This document shows, in pieces, positions 1 through 8,392 of a stretch of DNA of 32,000 nt. This DNA is from Nostoc punctiforme PCC 73102. Its GTDB lineage: Bacteria > Cyanobacteriota > Cyanobacteriia > Cyanobacteriales > Nostocaceae. The position numbers and the translations under genes were made by a program. How positions within the stretch are numbered: position 1 is the stretch's first letter; every line of letters starts with the position of its first letter. Under the pieces are notes generated by a model. That model was not told where the DNA came from, did not search any database, and saw nothing but the letters and a program-made list of their open reading frames with translations. The DNA is taken from the NCBI RefSeq assembly GCF_000020025.1, contig NC_010628.1, positions 3,840,001-3,872,000 on the forward strand, read 5' to 3'.

Positions 1-254
1 CTTATCTACACCGTACCCAGCCAAACGCCGACGCAATTGTTATCCTCAATCCCCTTGAGCTTCGCATTTTGAAAGCTAAATCACCCAAACTACCCGAGAT
101 ATTAACAGTTAGTTGGGCTGTGGGAGCGATCGCTCGTTTAGGGGGTTACTTAGAACATCGACATAAAACCCCTATTGGTATTCAGGTACTGTAGCGAGGC
201 TGGTTAAAATTACATGACCTCTGTGAGGGATGGCAGCTTGCTAGAGAGACTTAA
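1..254 (+). pseudogene. IS4-family (Tn5/IS50-like) DDE transposase, C-terminal fragment with an in-frame TAG
   Basis: The frame starting at nt 3 reads ...ILTVSWAVGAIARLGGYLEHRHKTPIGIQVL*RGWLKLHDLCEGWQLARET*. The ARLGGY...(W)RGW...L.D...GW tail is the conserved C-terminus of IS4-type transposases. The TAG at 192-194 sits where the conserved Trp (TGG) is expected. The 5' part lies outside the window. Confidence 0.7.
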
Positions 255-271
255 CGGGAAAAGTCAGATTT

Positions 272-589
272 ATGGATGAAGTCGTCTTCTTTCACCGCAA
301 CAGTACTACCCTGATTCTGGCTGACTTGATCGAGAACTTCGAGCCAAGTAAAGTAAGTCAGAATTTTGGTTGGCTAATAAAACTAGCAGGCAGTGCCGAC
401 CCAGATGGTAAAGCGCCACTTGATTTGCGACTAACATTTTGGGGACACAAGGTTCAAGCGCGTCAATGTATTGAGCAGTTGCTGCAATGGCAACCTGAAA
501 GAATTATTCTGTCGCATGGCCGTTGGTATGCGGCGAATGGTGCTGCTGAACTGCGTCGCGCTTTTCGTTGGCTGGGAGATTTTGGATGA
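272..589 (+). pseudogene. DUF4336-like (metallo-beta-lactamase-fold) protein, C-terminal ~105 aa only
   Basis: EVVFFHRNSTTLILADLIENF...ERIILSHGRWY matches my recollection of the C-terminal half of DUF4336 proteins, which are about 230-250 aa. The frame is closed by TAG at 242-244, directly beside the IS4 remnant, so the N-terminal half is missing. Confidence 0.5.
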
Positions 590-619
590 TACAAAAAAGT
601 ATTTCCAAAGATAGTAGAA

Positions 620-663
620 ACCCATTTGCAATAATTTTTCAAATGGGTATTACAGTCTTTTTT
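620..663. terminator. Hairpin between convergent genes (possible bidirectional terminator)
   Basis: ACCCATTTG (620-628) pairs perfectly with CAAATGGGT (640-648) around an 11-nt loop. A T6 run lies at 658-663. The hairpin sits between the stop at 587-589 (+) and the stop at 662-664 (-). Confidence 0.4.
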
Positions 664-1285
664 ATAATCCAGTAAAGTTGTAACCAACTCCGAGCATCAA
701 TCCTACATCCGTTTGATCCAAAAACGCCGCATTCACCCCTGCTGTTGCTGTTAAGTTAGTATTTAAAGGAACATCTACACCACCAGATAAAAGTAAGCCA
801 ACGTCTGGATCATCACTAGTTTCAATCGCTACACCTGCTCCAACGTATGGTGCGACAGCGAATGTGTCTTGAAAAGCGTCTGCTGTACGAAAATTAAAGT
901 CATAAGTGAGAGGAACCAGAACAACAGGGTCATCCTCAATCGCTACAGATGGTCGTACAGATAAGGTACGTGTCAGCCCAATTTTGCTGATTACCATAAA
1001 GCTACCTTCACCTAAAGCTGAATCACCACCTAAACCAATGTTGCCAGCAACTCCAATATAGCTAGAGCCACCACGGGTAGTTCGACCTGGATTAACATTG
1101 ACTTGCGCCACCTCAGCAGAAGTTTTAGAAGCAGGCTGTGTTGGCTGGGGAATCAAATCGGCTGCTTTTGTTGAAATTTTACTGGAAGTCGATATTTGTG
1201 CTTGAGCAGATAATCCACTTCCCAGCATTGTGATTGTAGAGGAAATAAACAACGCAGAAAATTGCTGTAACCAAATACTATTCAT
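662..1285 (-). CDS. Small outer-membrane beta-barrel protein with signal peptide
   Basis: The N-terminal signal is ...TMLGSGLSAQAQ. A low-complexity linker follows, then alternating Gly/aromatic amphipathic strands (GVAGNIGLGG, YVGAGVAIE, LMLGVGYNF) typical of OMP beta-barrel domains. Confidence 0.6.
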   Translation of the reverse strand: MNSIWLQQFSALFISSTITMLGSGLSAQAQISTSSKISTKAADLIPQPTQPASKTSAEVAQVNVNPGRTTRGGSSYIGVAGNIGLGGDSALGEGSFMVISKIGLTRTLSVRPSVAIEDDPVVLVPLTYDFNFRTADAFQDTFAVAPYVGAGVAIETSDDPDVGLLLSGGVDVPLNTNLTATAGVNAAFLDQTDVGLMLGVGYNFTGL

Positions 1286-1502
1286 TTTTCAACCTTCCAA
1301 ATAATTTTGTATGAAGAAATCAGGTTTCAAAAAGCAATCTAATTCGTAACAAAATTGCTGTTAATTTCCTAACTGATTAAAGCTGATATTAGGCAACTTC
1401 ATTAACTGCATAGATAATACTATTCCGAGCCTGAATTACACTTTTGAAATTAACTTGGAAAAGTGGAAAACTTGTGGATATAAGCAATATTGTCAAAATT
1501 GC

Positions 1503-3608
1503 TCAGAGTTTACCAGACATTTTACCTAGGCTGGCAACAACGGCAATTAACTCAGCTGCTCTAACTGGTTTAGCAACATGTAGCTGAAATCCTGCCGCTA
1601 ATGCTTCTTTATAATCTTCTACCCTGGCGTATCCCGTCAGTGCAATAGCAGGAATCCGCCCGCCTAGCTCTGGTTCAAGTTTTCTGATTTTACGCATCAG
1701 CGCGTAGCCATCCTCACCTGGCATCCCAATGTCGCTGATTAACACATCTGGATGTAATTTTTCTAGTGCCTCAAGTGCCTGTCCTGTAGAGCTAAAAGCA
1801 CTAACTTCTGCTCCACACTCTTCGAGTACTGCGGTAATCCACTGCCGCACATCTGCCTCGTCATCTACAACCAATACCCGCAAGCCACTAAGAGGATTGG
1901 GGACTGGGGATTGGGGATTGGGGGCTGGGGACTGGGAAAAGAAGTGTAAATTATTGTCTCCTGCCCCTCTGCTTCCCTGCTCCTCGGTCACTGAGCGTAG
2001 TCGAAGTGCTGCCCCTCTGCTTTCTTCTAAAATCGGCAACTTGACTGTAAATGTCGCTCCTTGCCCTATTCCTTGGCTTTGGGCATCAATTGTACCACCG
2101 TGTAGTTCTACCAGATGAAGTGCGATCGCTAACCCTAAACCTAGTCCTTTATTTGAACGAGTATGAGTACTATCTGCTTGCCAAAAGCGCTCAAATACGT
2201 GAGGTAGGAAATCTGGACTGATGCCCTTACCGGTATCAGTTACTTCAATTTGGAGATAATTAGGAATTGCGGGTTGGGAAAACTCTTCCCTACTCCCCAT
2301 TTCCTTAGACAATCGCACTTCAACTCGTCCACCGTTGGGTGTAAATTTGATGGCATTAGTAAGTAGATTTAATACTACTTGTTGCAAGCGATCTGAGTCA
2401 CCCCAAATTTTTTCTATTGAGGTATCAAGTATAGTCTCAAGTTGAATATCCTTAGCATTTGCCAGTGATTGTACAACCTCAATTGCGGCTGTAATTACTT
2501 CTACTAAATCTACCAAATCAATGGACAGTGAAAGCTCTCCTCTAACAATCCGCGAAATATCAAGTAAGTCTTCAATAAGTTGCATTTGCAAATTAGCATT
2601 GCGCTCAATTATCTCCAGCGCGAGAGTTGCTTTAGCTTCATCTAACACACCCGTTTGTAACATTCCAGCCCAACCGATAATTGCAGTCATGGGGGTACGT
2701 AATTCGTGAGAAACTATTGCTAAAAATTCGTCTTTGGAACGGTTTGCGGCTTCTGCTGCACTTTGGGCAGCTTCGCTAACGGCGCGTGCAGCTTGTTCTC
2801 GCAGTAATAGTTGCTCTTTTTCTTCTTCAGCCTGTTTACGTTCAGTAATATCTTGCATAATTTTAGAAAAGCCGCGCAGATTTCCATCGTCATCTAGTAA
2901 AGGTGTGATGAGACAATGCGCCCAGAAAAATGTACCATCTTTACGAATATGCCAGCGATTCTCCCTAGAAAAACCTTCAGCTACTGCTTTTCTTAATACT
3001 TGCTTGGGTAGTCCCTGCTTAATTGCTTCAGGTGAAAAAACTCGTTCAAAAGGTTGACCAATTATTTCTGCTTCCTGATAACCTAAAATACGTTCTGCTC
3101 CAATGTTCCAAGTGGTAACGTTACCGTTTGGATCTAGCATAAAAATTGCGTAATTAGTTACTCCTTCTACTAATAGCCGATAACGTTCTTCACTTTGACG
3201 CAGACTGTCTTGACTTTCACGTAGACGCTCATAATTTTGCAGGGCTGCTACCGCGTTCATTTGGGCTTGTGATCGCGCCTGACGCAATGCAGTGTTAAGT
3301 AAGCTAATCAACAACGCTACTAACACAAACTGAAGCAACCCCACTACACTGAACCCAGTAATAGCCAGAGAATAAAAAGGTGGTAAAAGAAAGTAGGCGC
3401 AGACTATAGCAGACAAAAAAGTCGCCAACAGTCCTGGGTTTAAACCACCATACCAGGAACTAACCATGACAGCAGCTAAAAACAGTGGGTAAATGGAATT
3501 CAGCCTGTGTAGCTGCCATAGAAGCAGTGTCAGTAGTAAAGCCAGTAAAACCGTTAAGAATGCAATGCCATAGCCTTGTAGTTGCGATCGTCGCGTCAAT
3601 CCCCACAT
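1503..3608 (-). CDS. Hybrid sensor histidine kinase (TM region, PAS, HisKA, HATPase_c, C-terminal receiver)
   Basis: 701-aa ORF. It has four N-terminal TM helices, a PAS-like segment (ERYRLLVEGVTNYAIFMLDPNG...ITERK) and the H-box FLAIVSHELRTPMTAI. The N, G1 and G2 boxes are NLLTNAIKFT, DTGKGI and GLGLGLAI. The receiver is RVLVVDDE...ISDIGMPGEDG...LTGY...K. Confidence 0.9.
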   Translation of the reverse strand: MWGLTRRSQLQGYGIAFLTVLLALLLTLLLWQLHRLNSIYPLFLAAVMVSSWYGGLNPGLLATFLSAIVCAYFLLPPFYSLAITGFSVVGLLQFVLVALLISLLNTALRQARSQAQMNAVAALQNYERLRESQDSLRQSEERYRLLVEGVTNYAIFMLDPNGNVTTWNIGAERILGYQEAEIIGQPFERVFSPEAIKQGLPKQVLRKAVAEGFSRENRWHIRKDGTFFWAHCLITPLLDDDGNLRGFSKIMQDITERKQAEEEKEQLLLREQAARAVSEAAQSAAEAANRSKDEFLAIVSHELRTPMTAIIGWAGMLQTGVLDEAKATLALEIIERNANLQMQLIEDLLDISRIVRGELSLSIDLVDLVEVITAAIEVVQSLANAKDIQLETILDTSIEKIWGDSDRLQQVVLNLLTNAIKFTPNGGRVEVRLSKEMGSREEFSQPAIPNYLQIEVTDTGKGISPDFLPHVFERFWQADSTHTRSNKGLGLGLAIALHLVELHGGTIDAQSQGIGQGATFTVKLPILEESRGAALRLRSVTEEQGSRGAGDNNLHFFSQSPAPNPQSPVPNPLSGLRVLVVDDEADVRQWITAVLEECGAEVSAFSSTGQALEALEKLHPDVLISDIGMPGEDGYALMRKIRKLEPELGGRIPAIALTGYARVEDYKEALAAGFQLHVAKPVRAAELIAVVASLGKMSGKL
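1894..1935. repeat. STRR1-type heptamer tract (6 units) inside the kinase CDS
   Basis: The + strand reads GGATTGG GGACTGG GGATTGG GGATTGG GGGCTGG GGACTGG. On the coding strand this is TCCCAGT CCCCAGC CCCCAAT CCCCAAT CCCCAGT CCCCAAT. The 42 bp equal 14 codons, translated as SQSPAPNPQSPVPN. Confidence 0.85.
1961..2022. repeat. Perfect 14-bp direct repeat pair (CTGCCCCTCTGCTT), 48-bp period, inside the kinase CDS
   Basis: CTGCCCCTCTGCTT occurs at 1961-1974 and again at 2009-2022, bracketing 34 bp. The segment is translated as the linker ...SRGAALRLRSVTEEQGSRGAG... Confidence 0.7.
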
Positions 3609-3786
3609 TTTTTATTACTTCTGGTTATGCCATAGGTTTATTAAACTTCTACCCTAGTTTTCCACTTTCAAGTTTTACCATAAAAAATTATTCTTAAGAG
3701 TATGGTAGCTCTAAACAATACTCCTCATCATAATATTGGAAAAATCAAAGCACTAAAGAATAATTTAAAACAGGAAGATAATAACA

Positions 3787-4158
3787 ATGACCTCTAAGCA
3801 AATCTTAGTTATTGATGATGAAGATGACATCCGTCAATTGATTCAGACTTGTCTAGAAATAATGGGAGGCTGGAAGGTGTTGACTGCTACTTCAGGTAAT
3901 CAGGGATTACTATTAGCTCAGTCATCTCAACCCGATGCTATCCTTTTGGATGTAATGATGCCTGATATGGATGGTTTGACAACTTTTCAAAAACTACAGG
4001 CTAATCAAATAACTAAAAATATACCTGTGATTTTGCTTACAGCTAGAGGACGCGCTAATGACCAACGTCTATTCAACGATCTAGGTGTCAGAGGCATAAT
4101 CAGTAAACCATTTAATCCTCAGAAACTAGCTGTTCAAGTAGCAGCAGCTTTGAAATAA
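3787..4158 (+). CDS. Single-domain response regulator (CheY-like receiver)
   Basis: Receiver signature: ILVIDDEDD ... ILLDVMMPDMDG ... ILLTA ... KPF. The gene is divergent from the hybrid kinase. Confidence 0.9.
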   Translation: MTSKQILVIDDEDDIRQLIQTCLEIMGGWKVLTATSGNQGLLLAQSSQPDAILLDVMMPDMDGLTTFQKLQANQITKNIPVILLTARGRANDQRLFNDLGVRGIISKPFNPQKLAVQVAAALK

Positions 4159-4486
4159 AGTACATTGAAAAATGTAAAGATTTAGATGCCAAAGATAGGA
4201 TTACTGTAGTATCTCTAATTTAGGGTAGATATGCTTCAACTAAATGCTCTATCTATAGTACTATTAACCTCTTCCCTAAGTCGTATTTTTCCCAGAGAAT
4301 ACATATTCTGCTCTAGTTTTCCACTTTTAGTCTCTAAATTTAAAACTAAGCTCAATATTAGTTCTGAATTTTGGATAGGTTATTTTATTTCCAACTAAAA
4401 AGCCTAGTTTTCCAAAACCAAAAGTAAATATATTAATTTATGAATTTTATATAAAACATGAAACATGAAATTTAACTCCAATTCTC

Positions 4487-4608
4487 TATAGCGTTTCCTA
4501 GTCTGCTGAGGTACAAATCTCTGCGTACCTCTGCGCTTTACTTTGCGTCCCTTTGCGTTTCAAAATATTATCTGTACTCTGTACCTCACGTAACTGGGAA
4601 TCGCTATA
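4487..4608. mobile_element. MITE-like 122-bp element with 29-bp terminal inverted repeats
   Basis: TATAGCGTTTCCTAGTCTGCTGAGGTACA (4487-4515) matches the reverse complement of 4580-4608 (TATAGCGATTCCCAGTTACGTGAGGTACA) at 23 of 29 positions. The interior is CTCTGCG/TTTGCG-rich. It is intergenic and has TA-rich flanks. Confidence 0.6.
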
Positions 4609-4646
4609 TATTTCTTTAAATCATCTACTTAGGGGCTATATAATAT

Positions 4647-5216
4647 ATGTTAAATAATTTAGAATCATTTTCACATCCACCAAGCAAACAGAAATTTGCT
4701 GCTACCTTTCGTTTAGTAAGTCGAATTAGTTTTTGGGTACAGTTAGTACTTGGCGGTATTTCTGGCATTGCTGTATTGTTAGCGTGCTTTAGCCGTAACA
4801 TTACTACTCAAACAAGCAATGCAGGTATAGGATTTAGTATATTTTTGGCCATTGTTGGTATTTTATTGCTGTGCTTTCGAGTATATTGGGCTTTCCGTTA
4901 TCGAAAACTGGCTAAAACTTTACAAACACCAAATACTCAAAACCATCCCAGAAAGGAAGACGTAATTCAAAACTTACGAATTGGGTTGCTCGCGAGTTTC
5001 GTAGGGTTATTAATAGCTTTTATTGCTTCTGAAACGACAGTTGCAATTATTTTGGGCAAAGCAGTAGCACAACCTCAAGGTGTCGCAATCTATCAACCAG
5101 AAAATGTAATCCGTTCGCTAGACATTTTTGTAATGTTAGCAAATGTCAACATGATTGGCGCTCACTTTTTTGGGGGAGTTACTTCTCTTGGTTTACTTTA
5201 TTGGTTAGAAGAGTAA
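4647..5216 (+). CDS. DUF3611-family integral membrane protein
   Basis: 189 aa with 4 predicted TM helices. The N-terminal FAATFRLVSRISFWVQLVLGGISG pattern is what I recall for cyanobacterial DUF3611. Confidence 0.65.
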   Translation: MLNNLESFSHPPSKQKFAATFRLVSRISFWVQLVLGGISGIAVLLACFSRNITTQTSNAGIGFSIFLAIVGILLLCFRVYWAFRYRKLAKTLQTPNTQNHPRKEDVIQNLRIGLLASFVGLLIAFIASETTVAIILGKAVAQPQGVAIYQPENVIRSLDIFVMLANVNMIGAHFFGGVTSLGLLYWLEE

Positions 5217-5546
5217 CAGCCACAGTATTGATTTGATTTTGCTAGCTATCCCTATGGAAATACTAACCTATTCCTAAAGTAGGATTTACCAAATTTATGA
5301 GGATTCTGCCCGACTTTTCTACTATTTAGATTTAACCTCAAAATACAGTCTGTGTTCATGTCTCCTCTTGCTAGTTGAGCGGCTCAACTTTACCTAAAGT
5401 ACATAATCAAAATTTTTGATTATCGCAAAAAAAGAATAATTTAGAGACTCATTAAGAGTATTTTATATTTTTTCAATAGGTGTCAGCATTTGATTTTTCA
5501 AACAATCAATAAAAATAAGCAAAGATGAAATTACCAGGAGGTAATT

Positions 5547-6191
5547 ATGTACAACTTAAACCGTTTTTCTTTAAAAAAAGTTGGATTATTAGGAACAATT
5601 TTTGGAAGTTTGCTAATCGGTTCCTCTGCAATTACTCAATCAGCAGTAGCACAGCCGCGAATTTCCCAAATTAATCCTTGTCCTAGTATTTTCTACGAAG
5701 AACCACACCGCGATCGAGTTTTAGTTCCAGCAGGATGTCCACCGAATGCTGCAACTTTAAGATTCGGAGGACAACAAGGAACTTCTAGTTCCCAAAGTAT
5801 TATGGTTCCCGTCTATCCTATGAATGGAAGACGCTCAACTGTTATACAACCACCATTTCCAGAAAGTCGGCAAAGTCCAATTGCAACTATCACACCAACA
5901 GCAGGTACAGTTGATGTGAGATTGAAAAATAATACAAACGCTGGTATCTCTTATCAAGCAATTGGTTATACAAAGCCTCGATATCTTGCAGGTAGACAAG
6001 AATTTGTCCTACGGAATTTACCAACACCCGTCAGTATCACTTTAGTACGTCAAGACGGTGGACTACTAAAAGTTATGCCTACGTCTACCTCTGAAGGGAC
6101 ACTCGCAGTCTCGTTAGATGAAACAACAAAATTCGATAACGATCAAGGTGTATTGAGAATTCAAAAGAATGGTCAAGTCTTCTTGAATTAA
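5547..6191 (+). CDS. Secreted hypothetical protein (signal peptide, Cys pair)
   Basis: AGGAGG lies 5 nt upstream of the ATG. The signal peptide is ...SSAITQSAVAQP, followed by the CPSIFYEEP...GCPP motif. I recognise no domain. Confidence 0.65.
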   Translation: MYNLNRFSLKKVGLLGTIFGSLLIGSSAITQSAVAQPRISQINPCPSIFYEEPHRDRVLVPAGCPPNAATLRFGGQQGTSSSQSIMVPVYPMNGRRSTVIQPPFPESRQSPIATITPTAGTVDVRLKNNTNAGISYQAIGYTKPRYLAGRQEFVLRNLPTPVSITLVRQDGGLLKVMPTSTSEGTLAVSLDETTKFDNDQGVLRIQKNGQVFLN

Positions 6192-6341
6192 TACAAAAAG
6201 ATAGTCCAGATTAAACCATCCTTTTATTTGGAACCTACTAGTGGCTCACCACATTAATTTTAAGAGCGTTAAAACCCTTACTACAAGCAAATCAAAACTT
6301 TTGTGGTCGTCTACTAGGTTAACTTAAATGGAGCTTTTGAA

Positions 6342-7145
6342 ATGATCAACTTGATTCAAACAAAGTGGAGTTATAAAGGAGCTTTTGCTCTAGCAATCTC
6401 CACAGTGCTACTTGGAAGTTGTACCAACAACTTAGATCAACAGGCCGGAGTACCAGAAACCAACGTTACTACAGAAGAAGTCGCAGATAATACAAACGAA
6501 CTAATTGGCAAAACTGTAACAATTAGAAGTACACCCATTAGAAAATTAGGGCCCTCAACTTTCACAATTGCTGATAAGCAATTTTTTGGCACTCAACCAA
6601 TTTTAGTTGTAAATGCTTCGGGTAAAACTTTCACTTTACCTACTGACTCAAATACACCAATTCAAGCCACAGGCCCAGTTCGTAAGTTTGTGATTGCAGA
6701 TATTAATCGAGATTACAACTTGGGTTTAGATCCTAACTTGTACAAAGATTACGAAACCCAACCTGCAATTATTGCTCAATCAATTGCACTTGCTCCTAAA
6801 CCAGGTGAAATTACTACAAATCCTAAACTATACTACGGGAAAAACTTGGCAGTGACAGGTGAAGTGGAAAACATTAGAAATGCCAGTTCTTTCACCTTAG
6901 ATGAAGACAAATTATTTGGTGGACAGGACTTGTTAGTGATCAGTGCAGGTACTCCGAAAGGAACTGTCAACAAAGGTGAGAAAGTAGCTGTCACGGGTGT
7001 GTTACGTCCGTTTGTTCTAGCTGACTTAAAACGAGATTACGATCTCAAATGGGATTTAACTTTGCAGAAGAAACTAGAAGTAGAGTACACGAACAAACCT
7101 GTGTTAATTGCAACAGAGGTATATCCCTCTGCAATTCCGCAATAA
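6342..7145 (+). CDS. Putative lipoprotein built from two copies of a ~105-aa module (uncharacterised family)
   Basis: Signal peptide with the lipobox LLGSC. The internal repeat runs GKTVTIRS..STFTIADKQFFG..ILVV...ATGPVRKFVIADINRDYNL...PAIIA and then GKNLAVTGE..SSFTLDEDKLFGG..LLVI...VTGVLRPFVLADLKRDYDL...PVLIA. Confidence 0.75.
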   Translation: MINLIQTKWSYKGAFALAISTVLLGSCTNNLDQQAGVPETNVTTEEVADNTNELIGKTVTIRSTPIRKLGPSTFTIADKQFFGTQPILVVNASGKTFTLPTDSNTPIQATGPVRKFVIADINRDYNLGLDPNLYKDYETQPAIIAQSIALAPKPGEITTNPKLYYGKNLAVTGEVENIRNASSFTLDEDKLFGGQDLLVISAGTPKGTVNKGEKVAVTGVLRPFVLADLKRDYDLKWDLTLQKKLEVEYTNKPVLIATEVYPSAIPQ

Positions 7146-7215
7146 ACTATTCTAGAGCATTGTTTATCAGGAAAGCTTTCCATGAATAGCCTCAAGACAA
7201 ATAAGAGCAAGGGCA

Positions 7216-8010
7216 ATGAGTGACAATTCTCAAAGGGGAGATTTCTCACAAGCACTAGGTCAAGCAGGGACATTAGTTTTCCTGGTAGCGATCGCTATGG
7301 TAGTGAGAAGTTGTAGTTTTTTTGAGGCAAAGCCAACTTTCACTAGTACATCGGAAATCGCTGAGAACACTGACGAATATATCGGTAACTCTGTAACGAT
7401 TAAAAGCAGAGCAATTCAAAAAGTTGGTTTGAGTTCTTTCACGGTTAGTGATGCACGGTTCTTTCGCGGTGAACCTATTGTAGTTGTCAATGCTTCAGGT
7501 GTGCCTTTCGAGCTACCGCTTGACCAGAATGTAAAAGTTCAAGCTACTGGTCAAGTTCGTAATTTAGTAATTCCCAAAATTGAGCGAGATTTTAATCTCA
7601 ATATCGAGGAGGAATATTACAAAAATTACATAAATAAACCTGCAATAATTGCTCGATATATTGTAGTAGCGCCGCAACCTGGCCAAATAACGCAACGTCC
7701 CAAACAATACTATGGTCGTAGAGTTACAGTTACAGGAAAAGTGGACAATATTCGCAGTCCGGTTTTATTAACCCTAGATGAAAACCAATGGTTTGGTGGG
7801 CAAGATTTACTTGTTTTACTAAAAGCACCGCCCAAAATAGCAATAAATCAGGGTCAGACAATATCGGTAAGTGGTGAGGTTCGTCCTTTTGTTGCTGCTG
7901 AAATTGAACAAGATTATGATTTAACTTGGGATCTAAATGTAAAAAAAGAGTTAGAGACTGAGTACAGAAATAGACCTATTTTAATTGCTGGAACTGTATA
8001 CCCTTCTTAA
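7216..8010 (+). CDS. Paralogue of 6342-7145 (same two-module architecture, N-terminal TM/signal anchor)
   Basis: It is collinear with the upstream protein over its whole length, and by eye roughly half the positions are identical. It has the same VNASG, ATGxVR, RD(Y/F)(N/D)L, FGGQDLLV and VYPS landmarks. Confidence 0.75.
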   Translation: MSDNSQRGDFSQALGQAGTLVFLVAIAMVVRSCSFFEAKPTFTSTSEIAENTDEYIGNSVTIKSRAIQKVGLSSFTVSDARFFRGEPIVVVNASGVPFELPLDQNVKVQATGQVRNLVIPKIERDFNLNIEEEYYKNYINKPAIIARYIVVAPQPGQITQRPKQYYGRRVTVTGKVDNIRSPVLLTLDENQWFGGQDLLVLLKAPPKIAINQGQTISVSGEVRPFVAAEIEQDYDLTWDLNVKKELETEYRNRPILIAGTVYPS

Positions 8011-8126
8011 AAATTCTCAGTTTGTCATGCCCATCTTAAATGCTGTATTTTATGTCAGGTTTATACAAAAGTTACTCCAACAGCGATCGCTTCCTACCTT
8101 TTTGGGTGGGTATGCATCCTGCAATG

Positions 8127-8254
8127 AGCGATGTCTGACGACAAGCCGCTAACGCTCCTTCTCTGCGAGACGCTACGCGAACGTCGCTACCGCTTCTCTA
8201 CGAGAGGCTTGTCTGCGACACGCTCCGCGAACGCCAACGCTAATGCGTCTACGC
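8127..8254. repeat. Small-dispersed-repeat-like element, long/nested copy
   Basis: It starts AGCGATGTCTGACGACAAGCC and ends GCGTCTACGC, the same ends as the 57-bp copy at 14369-14425. It contains internal 23-bp imperfect direct repeats: CTCTGCGAGACGCTACGCGAACG at 8161-8183 and GTCTGCGACACGCTCCGCGAACG at 8211-8233. Confidence 0.55.
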
Positions 8255-8392
8255 ATCACTGCCTTAAAAAGCGAAATGAATTCTCAAAATGCTTATAAAA
8301 GCGTTGGTTTAACCAATACTGCTTATGAAAGAGAAATTCAGCCTTTAAGTCAGTTTTTAATCAAGTTTAACAGTTTTAATAGGAGGAACAAT

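Noticed and set aside
1729-3057. Plus-strand ORFs 1729..2118, 2521..2709 and 2734..3057 antisense to the histidine kinase
   Set aside because: They have Ser/Cys/Ala-rich, low-information translations, lie fully inside a well-supported gene on the other strand, and have no RBS.
8243-8392. N-terminal 50-codon extension of the PRC-barrel ORF
   Set aside because: It starts inside the dispersed repeat at 8127-8254 and lacks an RBS. An AGGAGG-ATG at 8393 gives a normal-sized protein.
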